From an uncultured delta proteobacterium (GTDB lineage: Bacteria; Desulfobacterota; Binatia; Binatales; Binataceae), in assembly GCA_963794325.1 (NCBI GenBank), contig CAWCDG010000007.1, positions 96,001 through 160,000 on the forward strand: DNA of 64,000 nucleotides. The letters are read 5' to 3'. A program made the translations under genes and the position numbers. The notes beneath the pieces were generated by a model that saw nothing but the letters and a program-made list of their open reading frames with translations, was not told the DNA's origin and searched no databases. Shown here piece after piece: positions 39,714 through 48,691 of this stretch (positions within the stretch are counted from its first letter, which is position 1; each line of letters opens with the position of its first letter).

Positions 39714-40328
39714 TCATAGGCCCGGCGCGTCGGGTTGGAAAGTTATTTGATCGGCGAGCGGACGCCGTGGCGAAGCGCGTTCATCGACGCACGGAGGAAC
39801 ATCAGTCCGGGGAAGACGCCGCGCTTGCGCGGTTTGGTTTGCGGTTCGAGCGCCACGGACGAGTTCGCGCACCAATCCGGGCAATTGATCCACGCTGACG
39901 CGCGACCCGATCTCTTCGAGCGCACGGAAGCGCACGACGCGCTCGCGATCGATCACGAATGACGCGGGAAACGCGATGCCGCCTTTTTCGTCGCTGTTGA
40001 GCAGGCCGTACTTTTTGACGACCTCGCGGCTGGTGTCGCAGAGCAGCGGAAACTTGAGGCCGAACTCCTGGCGGAGTGTCTCCGTGCGAGCGGCGTCGTC
40101 AACCGAGATCGCAACCAGCTCGGCGCCGGCTGCGCGAAGATCCTCGAGATGCTCGGAATAATCCGCCAACTGGCGGAGGCAAAACGGTCACCAGTGGCCC
40201 CGATAAAAAACGACGATGCACATTCCGCCGGCGACCAGGTCGTCGAGGCGGCGTATGATGCCGGTCGAGTCGGCGATCGCGAACTCGGGGGCCTTCTCGC
40301 CAATCGACGGGATGTGCCGTTCATCCAT
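39714..40328 (-). CDS. AhpC/TSA peroxiredoxin-like selenoprotein (UxxC)
   Basis: ATG 40328 reads MDERHIPSIGEKAPEFAIADSTG...VVFYRGHW-TGA-PFCLRQLADYSEHL...LVAISVD...FPLLCD. The in-frame TGA (40188-40190, codon 47) sits at the first Cys of the CxxC. The C-terminus may be frameshifted (alternative stop 39743). Confidence 0.85.
40162..40177 (-). promoter_or_regulatory. Bacterial SECIS-like hairpin
   Basis: UGA-CCGUUUUGCC-UCCGCC-AGUU-GGCGGA: 6-bp stem; the loop begins 16 nt after the UGA and has GU at positions 2-3. Confidence 0.7.
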
Positions 40329-40462
40329 CGCTAAAACAATAGCCGCGGTCGCGAGTTAGAGGAATATTGAACCTCCGCCAAGGATCGATGTTTCGATTGA
40401 CCAGCTGCTACCCGGTTATGCTAATCGTTTCGCCCTATGAAACGCAGCTCAAGGAGAAAACG

Positions 40463-40828
40463 ATGAAAGCTTTCGCTTTAATCGCAGGTGCCGTTGCGAT
40501 GCTCGTGCTATGCGCCGCGCCATGCCGCGCACAGGATCCGGCCGTGACCGATCCGGCACACTTCAAAGTCGAGTTGAACAACGATCGCGTGCGCGTGCTG
40601 CACGTCACCGTCGAGCCGAACACCAAAGTCGACGTGCACGAAATCGGCGATGCGGTCATCGTCCCTCTGACCGACTACGATTCGACCCTGAAGCGTCCCG
40701 ATGGACAGACGTCAGTCGTCGAGCGCAAGACCGGCAAGGCCGTCTGGGTTACGCGCGGCGTCCGCGAAGTCGAGGCCGGCGCCAAGGGCGTTGATGCGCT
40801 GCTGATCGAGATCAAACACGCGCCGTAG
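40463..40828 (+). CDS. Secreted cupin-like protein
   Basis: AAGGAG RBS, signal peptide ending CRA-Q, DPAHFKVELNNDRVRVL, LLIEIK. Confidence 0.8.
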   Translation: MKAFALIAGAVAMLVLCAAPCRAQDPAVTDPAHFKVELNNDRVRVLHVTVEPNTKVDVHEIGDAVIVPLTDYDSTLKRPDGQTSVVERKTGKAVWVTRGVREVEAGAKGVDALLIEIKHAP

Positions 40829-40840
40829 ATATCGTCGCCG

Positions 40841-41752
40841 TCAGTCGAGGATGAATTCGCCGCTGCCGACGATCGCGCATCGTCCGCCGATTCGGATTGC
40901 GAACGCGCCGCTGTCCTTGCGCGCGACCTCGACCCGTATTTCACTGGGCCGTCCCATCTCGACGCCTTGCTGGATCGTGAACGACCGTTTTGGTGCTGGG
41001 TTGATCAATCCGTAGGTGGCGGCGTACGCGCCGAACGGAGCCGAGGCGCCGCCGGTCGCCGGATCCTCGGCAACTCCGTCATGCGGCGCGAACATCCGCG
41101 ATCGCGGAGCGAACTCGCGGGTCTGGTTTGCGACGAACATATATGTGGCAAGCACCGGCTCACCCGGCTTGAACAGCGCCGCAAGCGCCACTGCGTTGGG
41201 CGCGCATTTCGCGAGCGCATCCAGGCTGCGAACCGGGACAAACATAAACGGATAGCCAGTCGATACACTCTGAATCGGCAGATCGTCGCGAATATCTGCC
41301 GCGGTGATCCCAAGCGCCTTCGCGATGCGCTCGCGATCATCACGCTTCGCGCCGAACTCCGCCTCCCGATGCGCCATCCATACGAAGTCAGGCTTGCCGT
41401 TGGTACTCTCGACCGTCACCGTCACCGGCCCGATCCCGAGCTGCAACGTCGCATCGACACTGGCCGAATCGAGCGCTATCTCGCCGCGACTCGCGAGCAC
41501 CCAGGTAGTGCCGACAGTCGGATGCCCAGCCATCGGCATTTCATGCTTCGGTGTGAAGATCCTCACGCGGCGAACGCTCGAAGATTCGGGAGGCATCACG
41601 AACGTCGATTCACTGAAGTTCATCTCGTGCGCCAGCTCCTGCATTTCGGTCGCGCTGAGCGGAGCCGCGTCGGTGAATACGGCGAGCTGATTACCGCCGA
41701 ACGGCTTGGAGGTGAAGACATCGACGAGGACGAACGAGGTTTTTCTGGGCAT
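40841..41752 (-). CDS. PhzF family isomerase
   Basis: VDVFT..PFGGNQLAV, MNFSESTFV, RIFTP..E.PMAGHPTVG, EDPATG, QGVEMGRPS. Confidence 0.95.
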   Translation of the reverse strand: MPRKTSFVLVDVFTSKPFGGNQLAVFTDAAPLSATEMQELAHEMNFSESTFVMPPESSSVRRVRIFTPKHEMPMAGHPTVGTTWVLASRGEIALDSASVDATLQLGIGPVTVTVESTNGKPDFVWMAHREAEFGAKRDDRERIAKALGITAADIRDDLPIQSVSTGYPFMFVPVRSLDALAKCAPNAVALAALFKPGEPVLATYMFVANQTREFAPRSRMFAPHDGVAEDPATGGASAPFGAYAATYGLINPAPKRSFTIQQGVEMGRPSEIRVEVARKDSGAFAIRIGGRCAIVGSGEFILD

Positions 41753-41786
41753 TTAAGAATTGTGGCGCGCGCCACGGCGCGCGCAA

Positions 41787-41814
41787 CGATGGCGGGCACG
41801 GCGGCCCGCCCCAC
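41787..41814. repeat. REP-like palindrome (family 1)
   Basis: CGATGGCGGGCACGGCGGCCCGCCCCAC, identical to 2406-2433. Confidence 0.85.
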
Positions 41815-41848
41815 TGTAGGCAGGCCGCCCGCGCCGGTTTCGGGAGGC

Positions 41849-43084
41849 TTACTTGCCGACGACGAAGACGCAGCTGGTGGTGCCGCTGCCGCCGATGTTC
41901 AGCATCGCAAATTTCTTTGCGTTCTCGACTTGGTAGTCACCCGCGCTATGCGTTATCTGCCGATGACAATCGAGCATCTGACGCACGCCCGTCGCGCCGA
42001 CCGGATGGCCCGCGCCAATCAGCCCGCCGCTCGGATTGATTGGCAGCTTGCCGCCGAGCTCGATCACGCCTTCCTCGACCGCCTTCCACGACTCGCCGGG
42101 CTTGGTGATCCCGAAGTGATCGATCGCCATATATTCCGAGGTAGTGAAGCAATCGTGCGTCTCGATTCCCGACAGTTCGGCCGCCGAACCGATCCCCGCG
42201 CGCTTGAACGCATCGAGAATCGCCTGCCGCGTATGCGGCAACACGTAGGCGTTGTCGCGGCTCTCTAAAACCTTGGTGTCGAATTCGAGCGGCGCCGTAT
42301 GATGGCCCCATCCGAGGATGCGCGGGATATCGGCAAGCTGCTTGCCATTGCGCTTGGCCCACGCGCTCGCAAACTTTTCCGACGCGAGGAAAATCGCGAC
42401 CGATCCGTCGGTCACCTGCGAGCAATCGCTCACCTTGATTCGGCCGCCGATGACCTGGTTGAACTTGCTCTCGTGCTGCGCGTGACTCTCGCTCATGAAC
42501 CAGTTGCGAGTCTGCGCGTTGGGATTGCGCTTGGCGTTGGAGTAGTTCACCGCCGAGATATGCGCGAGGTGTTCGTCCTTCAGCCCGTAGCGCTTGTCGT
42601 ACTCGTCGCCGAGCCGCCCGAAAAGTTTCGGAAACGGGAACTCGATCCCCTTGGCCTCGCGCTCGTACCACGCCGCGGTGCCGAGGTAATCGCCGCCGGT
42701 GGTCGAATCGACAGTCTTCATCTGCTCGACGCCGACCACGCATGCCAGGTCGTAACGCTCGGCTTCGATCTCGGCCGACGCTGCGATCAGCGCAATCGAG
42801 CCCGACGCGCACGCCGCCTCATGACGGCTGGTCGGCAGCCCCGAAAAAGTCGGATCGATCTCGACGAAAAACGCGCCGATATGGCCCTGCTTGGCGTACA
42901 GCTCGGCGGCGAAGTTGCCGACGTGAGCGGTCTGAACTTCGCGCGGCTCGATCTTCGTCGCTTCAAGCGCGGCCAAAGTCGCCTCGCGCATCATCGCCAC
43001 GAAATGCTTCCCTTCCTTCGACCAATTGCGGGCAAAGTCAGTTTGCGCTCCGCCCAATACGTACACCGGCGCTGGTTTTGTCAT
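41849..43084 (-). CDS. Acetyl-CoA acetyltransferase (SCP2-type thiolase)
   Basis: EAACASG, HDCF, NPSGGLIGAGHPVGATG. Confidence 0.93.
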   Translation of the reverse strand: MTKPAPVYVLGGAQTDFARNWSKEGKHFVAMMREATLAALEATKIEPREVQTAHVGNFAAELYAKQGHIGAFFVEIDPTFSGLPTSRHEAACASGSIALIAASAEIEAERYDLACVVGVEQMKTVDSTTGGDYLGTAAWYEREAKGIEFPFPKLFGRLGDEYDKRYGLKDEHLAHISAVNYSNAKRNPNAQTRNWFMSESHAQHESKFNQVIGGRIKVSDCSQVTDGSVAIFLASEKFASAWAKRNGKQLADIPRILGWGHHTAPLEFDTKVLESRDNAYVLPHTRQAILDAFKRAGIGSAAELSGIETHDCFTTSEYMAIDHFGITKPGESWKAVEEGVIELGGKLPINPSGGLIGAGHPVGATGVRQMLDCHRQITHSAGDYQVENAKKFAMLNIGGSGTTSCVFVVGK

Positions 43085-43153
43085 CGCGCGCTCCTATTGA
43101 TTACTAGCGTAATCATACGACAAACAATCTAACCATCCAACAGGGGAATTTCA

Positions 43154-44440
43154 TCAACCGACAAACGTCCGGCCATACTCGAGTACGCCGCCGGAAAACA
43201 TTTTAGCATCGCGCGACGCGGCTTGTTCGACAGTTTCGGGAACCGTCAGCTTCAACTTTTGCAGCATCGCCACGGTGTTCTTCGCGCCGATCAAATCGAC
43301 GATCGCGGTGGGCGGCGCCCAGTTGAAACCGTACGACATTATCGAGTCCACATCGGCCGCGCTGGCGGCCACTTCGCCGACGCGATTCAGCGCATAGCTG
43401 ACGTAACCGAGCACGACGCGACGGCACAGGTCGGCATCGGCGCCCTTCGCATCGGCGAGGACCTTCAACGCCTCCGAATAACGGCCCACGCGATGGAATC
43501 CCTTCATCTTCTCGACGAACTCGATCGGCGCGGGCTTCTCCAGCTTGTGGTGCCCGCCGGTTTTCGGATCGAGCACGAAAACTTCCTTCCCCGCGCGACG
43601 GTAGAAGCCGCCAGTCTCGGGCGTCTTGTCGCCGAGACATCCCTTCGCAAGCCCGGCGTTCATGTACGCGGGCATCGCGAAAGATTCATGCGCCTCGTCT
43701 TTGCAGTTCGCATGGACGTTATCGACGATCGCTTTGTGCACGTCCCATCCGACCAGATCGACGGTCGCCAGCGGCGCCATCGCGCGCCCGGTGTGCGGTC
43801 CGATCAGATAATCGATGTATGCGACGCCGTGCTCGGCGGCCAATTGCGCAGTCTCGTTCAGCACCTTGAAGCCGACGCGATTGCCGACGAACGCCGGCAT
43901 GTCTTTGGTGACGATCACCTTGCGGCCCAGCCGCTTCGTCAGCATCGCGACGACGTTGTTGACGACGGCAGGATCGGTATCGGGACCCGGAATCACTTCG
44001 GTGCCGACGATCACGTGCGGCGGATTGAACAGATGGACGCCCAGAAAATTGCGGCGAAACGATTCGCTGCGCCCGCGCGCCATTTCCGCGATCGACAATC
44101 CCGAGGATCCGGTCGCGATGATCGATTCAGGACGCCGGTTCTTGTCGATCAGATCGAAAAATTGTTTTTTCAGCGGCAGATCTTCAGCGAGAGATTCAAA
44201 GACGAACGCAGCCTCGCCGACCGTGCGGCCGAGGTCGCTGTCGTACGCACCCAACGCGATTCGCTCTGCGATCGCCTCCGCGCGCGCGTCATTCTGCGCG
44301 TCCTTCAATCCTTCCGCAGCTTTGGACGCCGACCGCGCCAGCATCGTGACGTGGTATCCGGCGCCCGCGAAAACGCATCCCGCGCCGGCACCCATCGTGC
44401 CGTTCGCGCCGATAATTACGACCTTGTTATTGTCGCCCAA
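43154..44440 (-). CDS. 3-hydroxyacyl-CoA dehydrogenase
   Basis: VIIGANGTMG, ESLAEDL..K, SSGLSI, GVHLFNP, FVGNR. TTG start after GGAG. Confidence 0.9.
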   Translation of the reverse strand: MGDNNKVVIIGANGTMGAGAGCVFAGAGYHVTMLARSASKAAEGLKDAQNDARAEAIAERIALGAYDSDLGRTVGEAAFVFESLAEDLPLKKQFFDLIDKNRRPESIIATGSSGLSIAEMARGRSESFRRNFLGVHLFNPPHVIVGTEVIPGPDTDPAVVNNVVAMLTKRLGRKVIVTKDMPAFVGNRVGFKVLNETAQLAAEHGVAYIDYLIGPHTGRAMAPLATVDLVGWDVHKAIVDNVHANCKDEAHESFAMPAYMNAGLAKGCLGDKTPETGGFYRRAGKEVFVLDPKTGGHHKLEKPAPIEFVEKMKGFHRVGRYSEALKVLADAKGADADLCRRVVLGYVSYALNRVGEVAASAADVDSIMSYGFNWAPPTAIVDLIGAKNTVAMLQKLKLTVPETVEQAASRDAKMFSGGVLEYGRTFVG

Positions 44441-44557
44441 GTGCTCTCCGATCCTCGCGAAATTGTGGTTTGGCAGCCGCAGGCCGCGAGAGATGTTAGC
44501 CGAGGTAGGCCAGCTATGCCACAGGCGCAAGAACCCTTCGCGAGGGCTTCCGAAGAG

Positions 44558-44899
44558 CTATTTCGTGAAGGCTTGGGACAGGAATTCCTTGACGCCTTCG
44601 CGGCCCGTCAGGCTCACCCACACCGGACCGGATTCGGGCGCCACGTCGATTCTGAAATCCAGAAAAGGGCAGCACTTGCGCTCGAAGGAGATCCATTCGG
44701 CGAGTTGCGCGAGCGGCATCCGCTTGGTCGAGATTTGCACCTCGATTCCGTTCGGCAGCTCACACTTGCCGATCGCCGCGGCGGCGAGCATTCCCCGCAA
44801 TTCGTTGTACCGCGCGTTATCGGACGCAGGTATCGCGTCGAGCCGGCAGGCGATCGGCGTCTCGAAGATTTCAGCATTGCAGCATACGTTGGTCGCCAT
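44558..44899 (-). CDS. Small Cys-rich putative metal-binding protein
   Basis: CC, PIACRL and ERKCCPFL motifs; GAGGAG RBS. Confidence 0.75.
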   Translation of the reverse strand: MATNVCCNAEIFETPIACRLDAIPASDNARYNELRGMLAAAAIGKCELPNGIEVQISTKRMPLAQLAEWISFERKCCPFLDFRIDVAPESGPVWVSLTGREGVKEFLSQAFTK

Positions 44900-44910
44900 G
44901 AATTTCTCCT

Positions 44911-46434
44911 CTAAGGCTCATGCCAAACACGTCCCGCCGAGCCAATCAAGTCGTCGGCTTCCTTCGGTCCCCAGTTCCCAGCGGGATACTCGACGATCGG
45001 GACGCGCGCACTGTCCTTCCACGAATCCAGAATCCCCTGTACGAACTCCCACGACTTCTCCACGAACGGCGCGCTGATAAACAGCGTATGGTCGCCGTCC
45101 ATCACGTCGAGCAGCAGCCGCTCGTATCCGTCGGGCGACGCGCCGGCGCCGAACGCCGCCTGGTAGCTGAGATTCATCCGCACCGGCTGCAGCACCAGGT
45201 CGAGTCCCGGCCGCTTGGTCATCACGTCGAACGAAAAACCTTCGTCGGGCTGAATCCGAATGATGAGCGCGTTCGCCGGAACCTTCGATTCACGATTGAA
45301 CAGTATTTGCGGCACGTCCTTGAACTGGACGTAGATCGAACTCGCGCGCGCCTTCATCCGCTTGCCGGTGCGAATGAAAAACGGAATCCCCGACCATCGC
45401 CAGTTGTCGATATACGTTTTCAGCGCGACGTACGTTTCGGTGCGCGAATTGTCGGCGATTCCCTGTTCGTCCATATAGCCGGGGACCGGCTTGCCGTCCG
45501 CATCGACACCCGCCGCGTAGCGCGCCCGCACCGTATTCGCACGCGCATTTTGCGGCGTGATCGGACGAAGCGTGCGCAGCAAATTGAGCTTCGCCTCGCG
45601 AATCGCCGCCGCGTCGAGTGATACTGGCGCTTCCATCGTCAGCAGCGACAGCGTTTGCAGGATATGGTTCTGCACCATGTCGCGCAGCGCGCCCGAGTTG
45701 TCGTAGTACATCGCGCGGGTGCCGACGCCTTCCGCTTCCGCCACCGTGATCTGCACGTGATCGACGTTGCGCGCGCCCCACAGGCGCTCGAAAATGTTGT
45801 TCGAGAAGCGCAGCGCGAGCAGATTCTGCACCGTCTCCTTGCCGAGGTAATGATCGATTCTGAAAATCTGCGATTCGTCGAGATATTTCACCAGCACTCG
45901 ATTAACTTCGAGCGCGCTCGGCAGATCGTGGCCGATTGGTTTCTCGACGACCACGCGCGTGAAATTCGGTGCGTCGGGTTTGTTGATCAGGCCTGCTTCG
46001 GTGAGCCGCTCGACCGACTCGCCAATCGCTTCGGGCGGAATCGCGAGGTAGTAAACGCGATTGGGCGGGATACCGCGAGCCTTTTCGATAGCTTCAAGTT
46101 TTGCTTTAAGTTTTTTGAAACCGTCCGGACGGTCCAGCCCGGACAGGTAATCGAGGCTGTCGGCAAACTTTTTCCAGCAGTCCTCATCGACCTTCAGCCG
46201 CGAGAATCTGGTGGTCCAGTCATGCGCGCTTTTTCGGAAATCGTCGATCGACATTTCGCGCCGCGCAAATCCGAGCACCGCGCTTTTCGGGGGCATCATG
46301 CCTTCGCCGCATGCGACCAGATTGTACAGCGACGGGATCAGCTTGCGCTTGGCCAGATCGCCCGACGCTCCGAAGATTACGACGGTGCATGGCGGCGCCT
46401 GCTGGGCTCGTTGTATAGTTAAGAGGGTGTCCAT
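44911..46434 (-). CDS. zwf: Glucose-6-phosphate 1-dehydrogenase
   Basis: IFGASGDLAKRKL, VVEKPIG, RIDHYLGKE, RDMVQNH, RTGKR. Confidence 0.97.
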   Translation of the reverse strand: MDTLLTIQRAQQAPPCTVVIFGASGDLAKRKLIPSLYNLVACGEGMMPPKSAVLGFARREMSIDDFRKSAHDWTTRFSRLKVDEDCWKKFADSLDYLSGLDRPDGFKKLKAKLEAIEKARGIPPNRVYYLAIPPEAIGESVERLTEAGLINKPDAPNFTRVVVEKPIGHDLPSALEVNRVLVKYLDESQIFRIDHYLGKETVQNLLALRFSNNIFERLWGARNVDHVQITVAEAEGVGTRAMYYDNSGALRDMVQNHILQTLSLLTMEAPVSLDAAAIREAKLNLLRTLRPITPQNARANTVRARYAAGVDADGKPVPGYMDEQGIADNSRTETYVALKTYIDNWRWSGIPFFIRTGKRMKARASSIYVQFKDVPQILFNRESKVPANALIIRIQPDEGFSFDVMTKRPGLDLVLQPVRMNLSYQAAFGAGASPDGYERLLLDVMDGDHTLFISAPFVEKSWEFVQGILDSWKDSARVPIVEYPAGNWGPKEADDLIGSAGRVWHEP

Positions 46435-46596
46435 CTTGATGGTTTCCTTATGTATTGCGCCGATGCGCGCTCTACTGGCAACCCGCTGCGATGATTGATA
46501 AGTCTGACATGTTTCCGGCCTTCATGAAAAAGCGCCTCGTCAGAAATTCGCGCACCACTTCAACCTGCAAGCATCCTGAAAATGGCGACTAACTAA

Positions 46597-47040
46597 ATGC
46601 CGGAAGCGAAATCCTTATCAACCGGCTCTCCCGAGCTCGCCCCACTTAAAGAATGGATTCCCGTGCTGGTGTGGGGCGCAGTGATCTTCAGCCTCTCGAC
46701 CTCGGCCTTTTCCGCTATCAACACGGTCAAGGTAGTCGACCCGATACTGCGCTTTTTGATTCCCGGAATCTCCTCCGCGTCGGTTGACGTATGCCACATG
46801 CTCATCCGCAAATCCGCGCATTTCACGGAGTATGGAATTCTTTTCTGGCTGCTGGTGCGCGGCCCGATGGCGCGGCGGCCATACCTGGCGCTGATGCTTT
46901 GTGTGGTGTACGCGCTGACCGACGAGGGCCATCAGGTTTTCGTGCCGGGCCGCACCGCATCACTATATGATGTGGCGCTGGACTCGAGCGGCGCGCTCTT
47001 CAGCCATTTCCTGACCACCGCAATCGCCGAACTCGCGTAA
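46597..47040 (+). CDS. VanZ-like membrane protein
   Basis: IRKSAHFTEYGIL, YALTDEGHQVFVPGRTASLYDVALD. Confidence 0.9.
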   Translation: MPEAKSLSTGSPELAPLKEWIPVLVWGAVIFSLSTSAFSAINTVKVVDPILRFLIPGISSASVDVCHMLIRKSAHFTEYGILFWLLVRGPMARRPYLALMLCVVYALTDEGHQVFVPGRTASLYDVALDSSGALFSHFLTTAIAELA

Positions 47041-47051
47041 GGGTTCCGCAT

Positions 47052-47723
47052 TCAATTCGATTCTTCAATCTTCGCACTGATCCGCTCAACCCGGCCAAAA
47101 AACGCGCGCAGATTTTTCATGTCGGCAGGAATTTTGAGCTCGCCGGTAAACGCCAGATAATACAACTGGCCATACAGCGCGAAATCCGCCAAACCGATCC
47201 GGCCAGTAAGGAACGGCGCGTTGCCGAGTTGCTCCTCGAACGGTGCCAGTGAAACACGAAAGCGCTCCCAGTTGGCCGAATGATCGGCGATAGTGCGATC
47301 GACGAAGCCCTTGCCAAACTTGCGCTCGCGAATGAAGCGCCACAGCGCGCCGCGATCCGCGCCCTGGCGGCTGTAGTAAGCAAGCTCGTCGGCGAGCGCG
47401 ACTGGATACACCGACTCCTCGAGATGGTTGTCGATATAGTCGGCGAGCACCAGATGCATCCCGCGCCATCCGGCGGGAAAAATCGTCGGCTCGGGATAAA
47501 GCTCCTCGAGCCGCATCGCGATTCGCGCCGAGTCGACAATCGTCTCGCCGTTGTCGAGCGTGACCGCCGGCACTGTGATCTGCCCCGACGCGAGCAGCAA
47601 TTCCTTGCGCTCGAGGTAATCGACCTCGACCACTTCGAACTCGACGCCCTTGAACGCAAGCAGCTTGCGCACCTTGGCGCAGAATGGACTCCCGAGAAAC
47701 TGGTAAAGCTTCGCCGCCATCAT
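47052..47723 (-). CDS. Glutathione S-transferase/glutaredoxin-2-like protein
   Basis: LYQFLGSPFCAKVR, VPAV, DSARI, FLTG..GLADFALYG. ATGA overlap with the HAD gene. Confidence 0.85.
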   Translation of the reverse strand: MMAAKLYQFLGSPFCAKVRKLLAFKGVEFEVVEVDYLERKELLLASGQITVPAVTLDNGETIVDSARIAMRLEELYPEPTIFPAGWRGMHLVLADYIDNHLEESVYPVALADELAYYSRQGADRGALWRFIRERKFGKGFVDRTIADHSANWERFRVSLAPFEEQLGNAPFLTGRIGLADFALYGQLYYLAFTGELKIPADMKNLRAFFGRVERISAKIEESN

Positions 47724-48409
47724 CGTCCCCTGAGTGCGTGAATTACATCGTCGAGATCGGAATCCGAAATCGAGGGACGCACGACGTCGGCCGCCGCCAG
47801 ATCGCGTGCCGGCAGCATGTGGCATAGCGCCAGCACTTTCATGCCCGCGCGATGCGCCGCCTCGATTCCGGCGTGCGTGTCCTCGACCACCAAACATTCG
47901 TCCGCCAGCACCGGATCGCGCTGTCGCAGCAAATATCCGATACGGCCAAGCGCCGCGATAAAACCGTCGGGCTCGGGCTTGCCGCGATCGACATCCTCCG
48001 CCGCGATAATATCGAGAAACAAATCGCGCAATCCGGCACGCCGAAGAATTGTTTGGGCTTCGGCGCGCAGCGTTCCGGTCGCGATCATCAGCGGAAACCG
48101 CTGCGCGCAATCGCGCACAAACTTCTCGGCGCCCGGATAGAGAACGTCGCGCTCTGCAATGATCGCGTGATACACCGCAGTCTTGCGCGCGATCAGATCA
48201 GCGACGTGCTCTTCGTCTGCATTTTTGCGATTCTCGCGCAGCACGGTCGCGAAACAATCGCGATCGTTGAGCCCAATCAACCGCGAAGTGTAGTCATCGA
48301 AACCAATCTCGATCCCATCGGCACGTAGAACCTCGTTGAAGGCCGAAAAATGCAACGGTTCGGTGTCGACGAGCGTCCCGTCGAGATCGAATATGACCGC
48401 GCGAATCAT
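47720..48409 (-). CDS. HAD-family phosphatase
   Basis: IFDLDGTLVDT, GKPEPD, VVEDT..GI.AA..AGM. Confidence 0.93.
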   Translation of the reverse strand: MIRAVIFDLDGTLVDTEPLHFSAFNEVLRADGIEIGFDDYTSRLIGLNDRDCFATVLRENRKNADEEHVADLIARKTAVYHAIIAERDVLYPGAEKFVRDCAQRFPLMIATGTLRAEAQTILRRAGLRDLFLDIIAAEDVDRGKPEPDGFIAALGRIGYLLRQRDPVLADECLVVEDTHAGIEAAHRAGMKVLALCHMLPARDLAAADVVRPSISDSDLDDVIHALRGR

Positions 48410-48617
48410 GCCGGAGTACTGTCTTACATGCGACTGAGCTTTGGAAGTGGAGGAAGGAGCAGCCTGAGGAAGTGATGAATCGGCATCCTGCGCTGACCCA
48501 GAACCCTCACCGCCGGCGGCTGCGCCCGCCGGCCGCCTCTTCCGTAAAGTAACGGGCGAGGTAAGATTCGGACGCCTTCCGCCCAGAACCTTTCTAACAG
48601 GGGCGAAGCCCCGCATC

Positions 48618-48691
48618 TTTTCTTCTCACTGGGTGCAGGGGTCACCCCTGCCGAAGGAAGCGTGAAACCCACCGCGGGTTTCACATTCAAT
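48618..48691. repeat. Two-hairpin dispersed repeat (family 2), copy A
   Basis: 48632-48691 matches 61677-61736 at 56 of 60 positions. The left part recurs inverted at 61514-61551. Confidence 0.85.

Noticed and set aside
43223-45077. Long plus-strand ORFs (563 aa, 420 aa) and similar shadow ORFs across the window
   Set aside because: Antisense shadows of well-supported genes in high-GC DNA, with no recognisable motifs.
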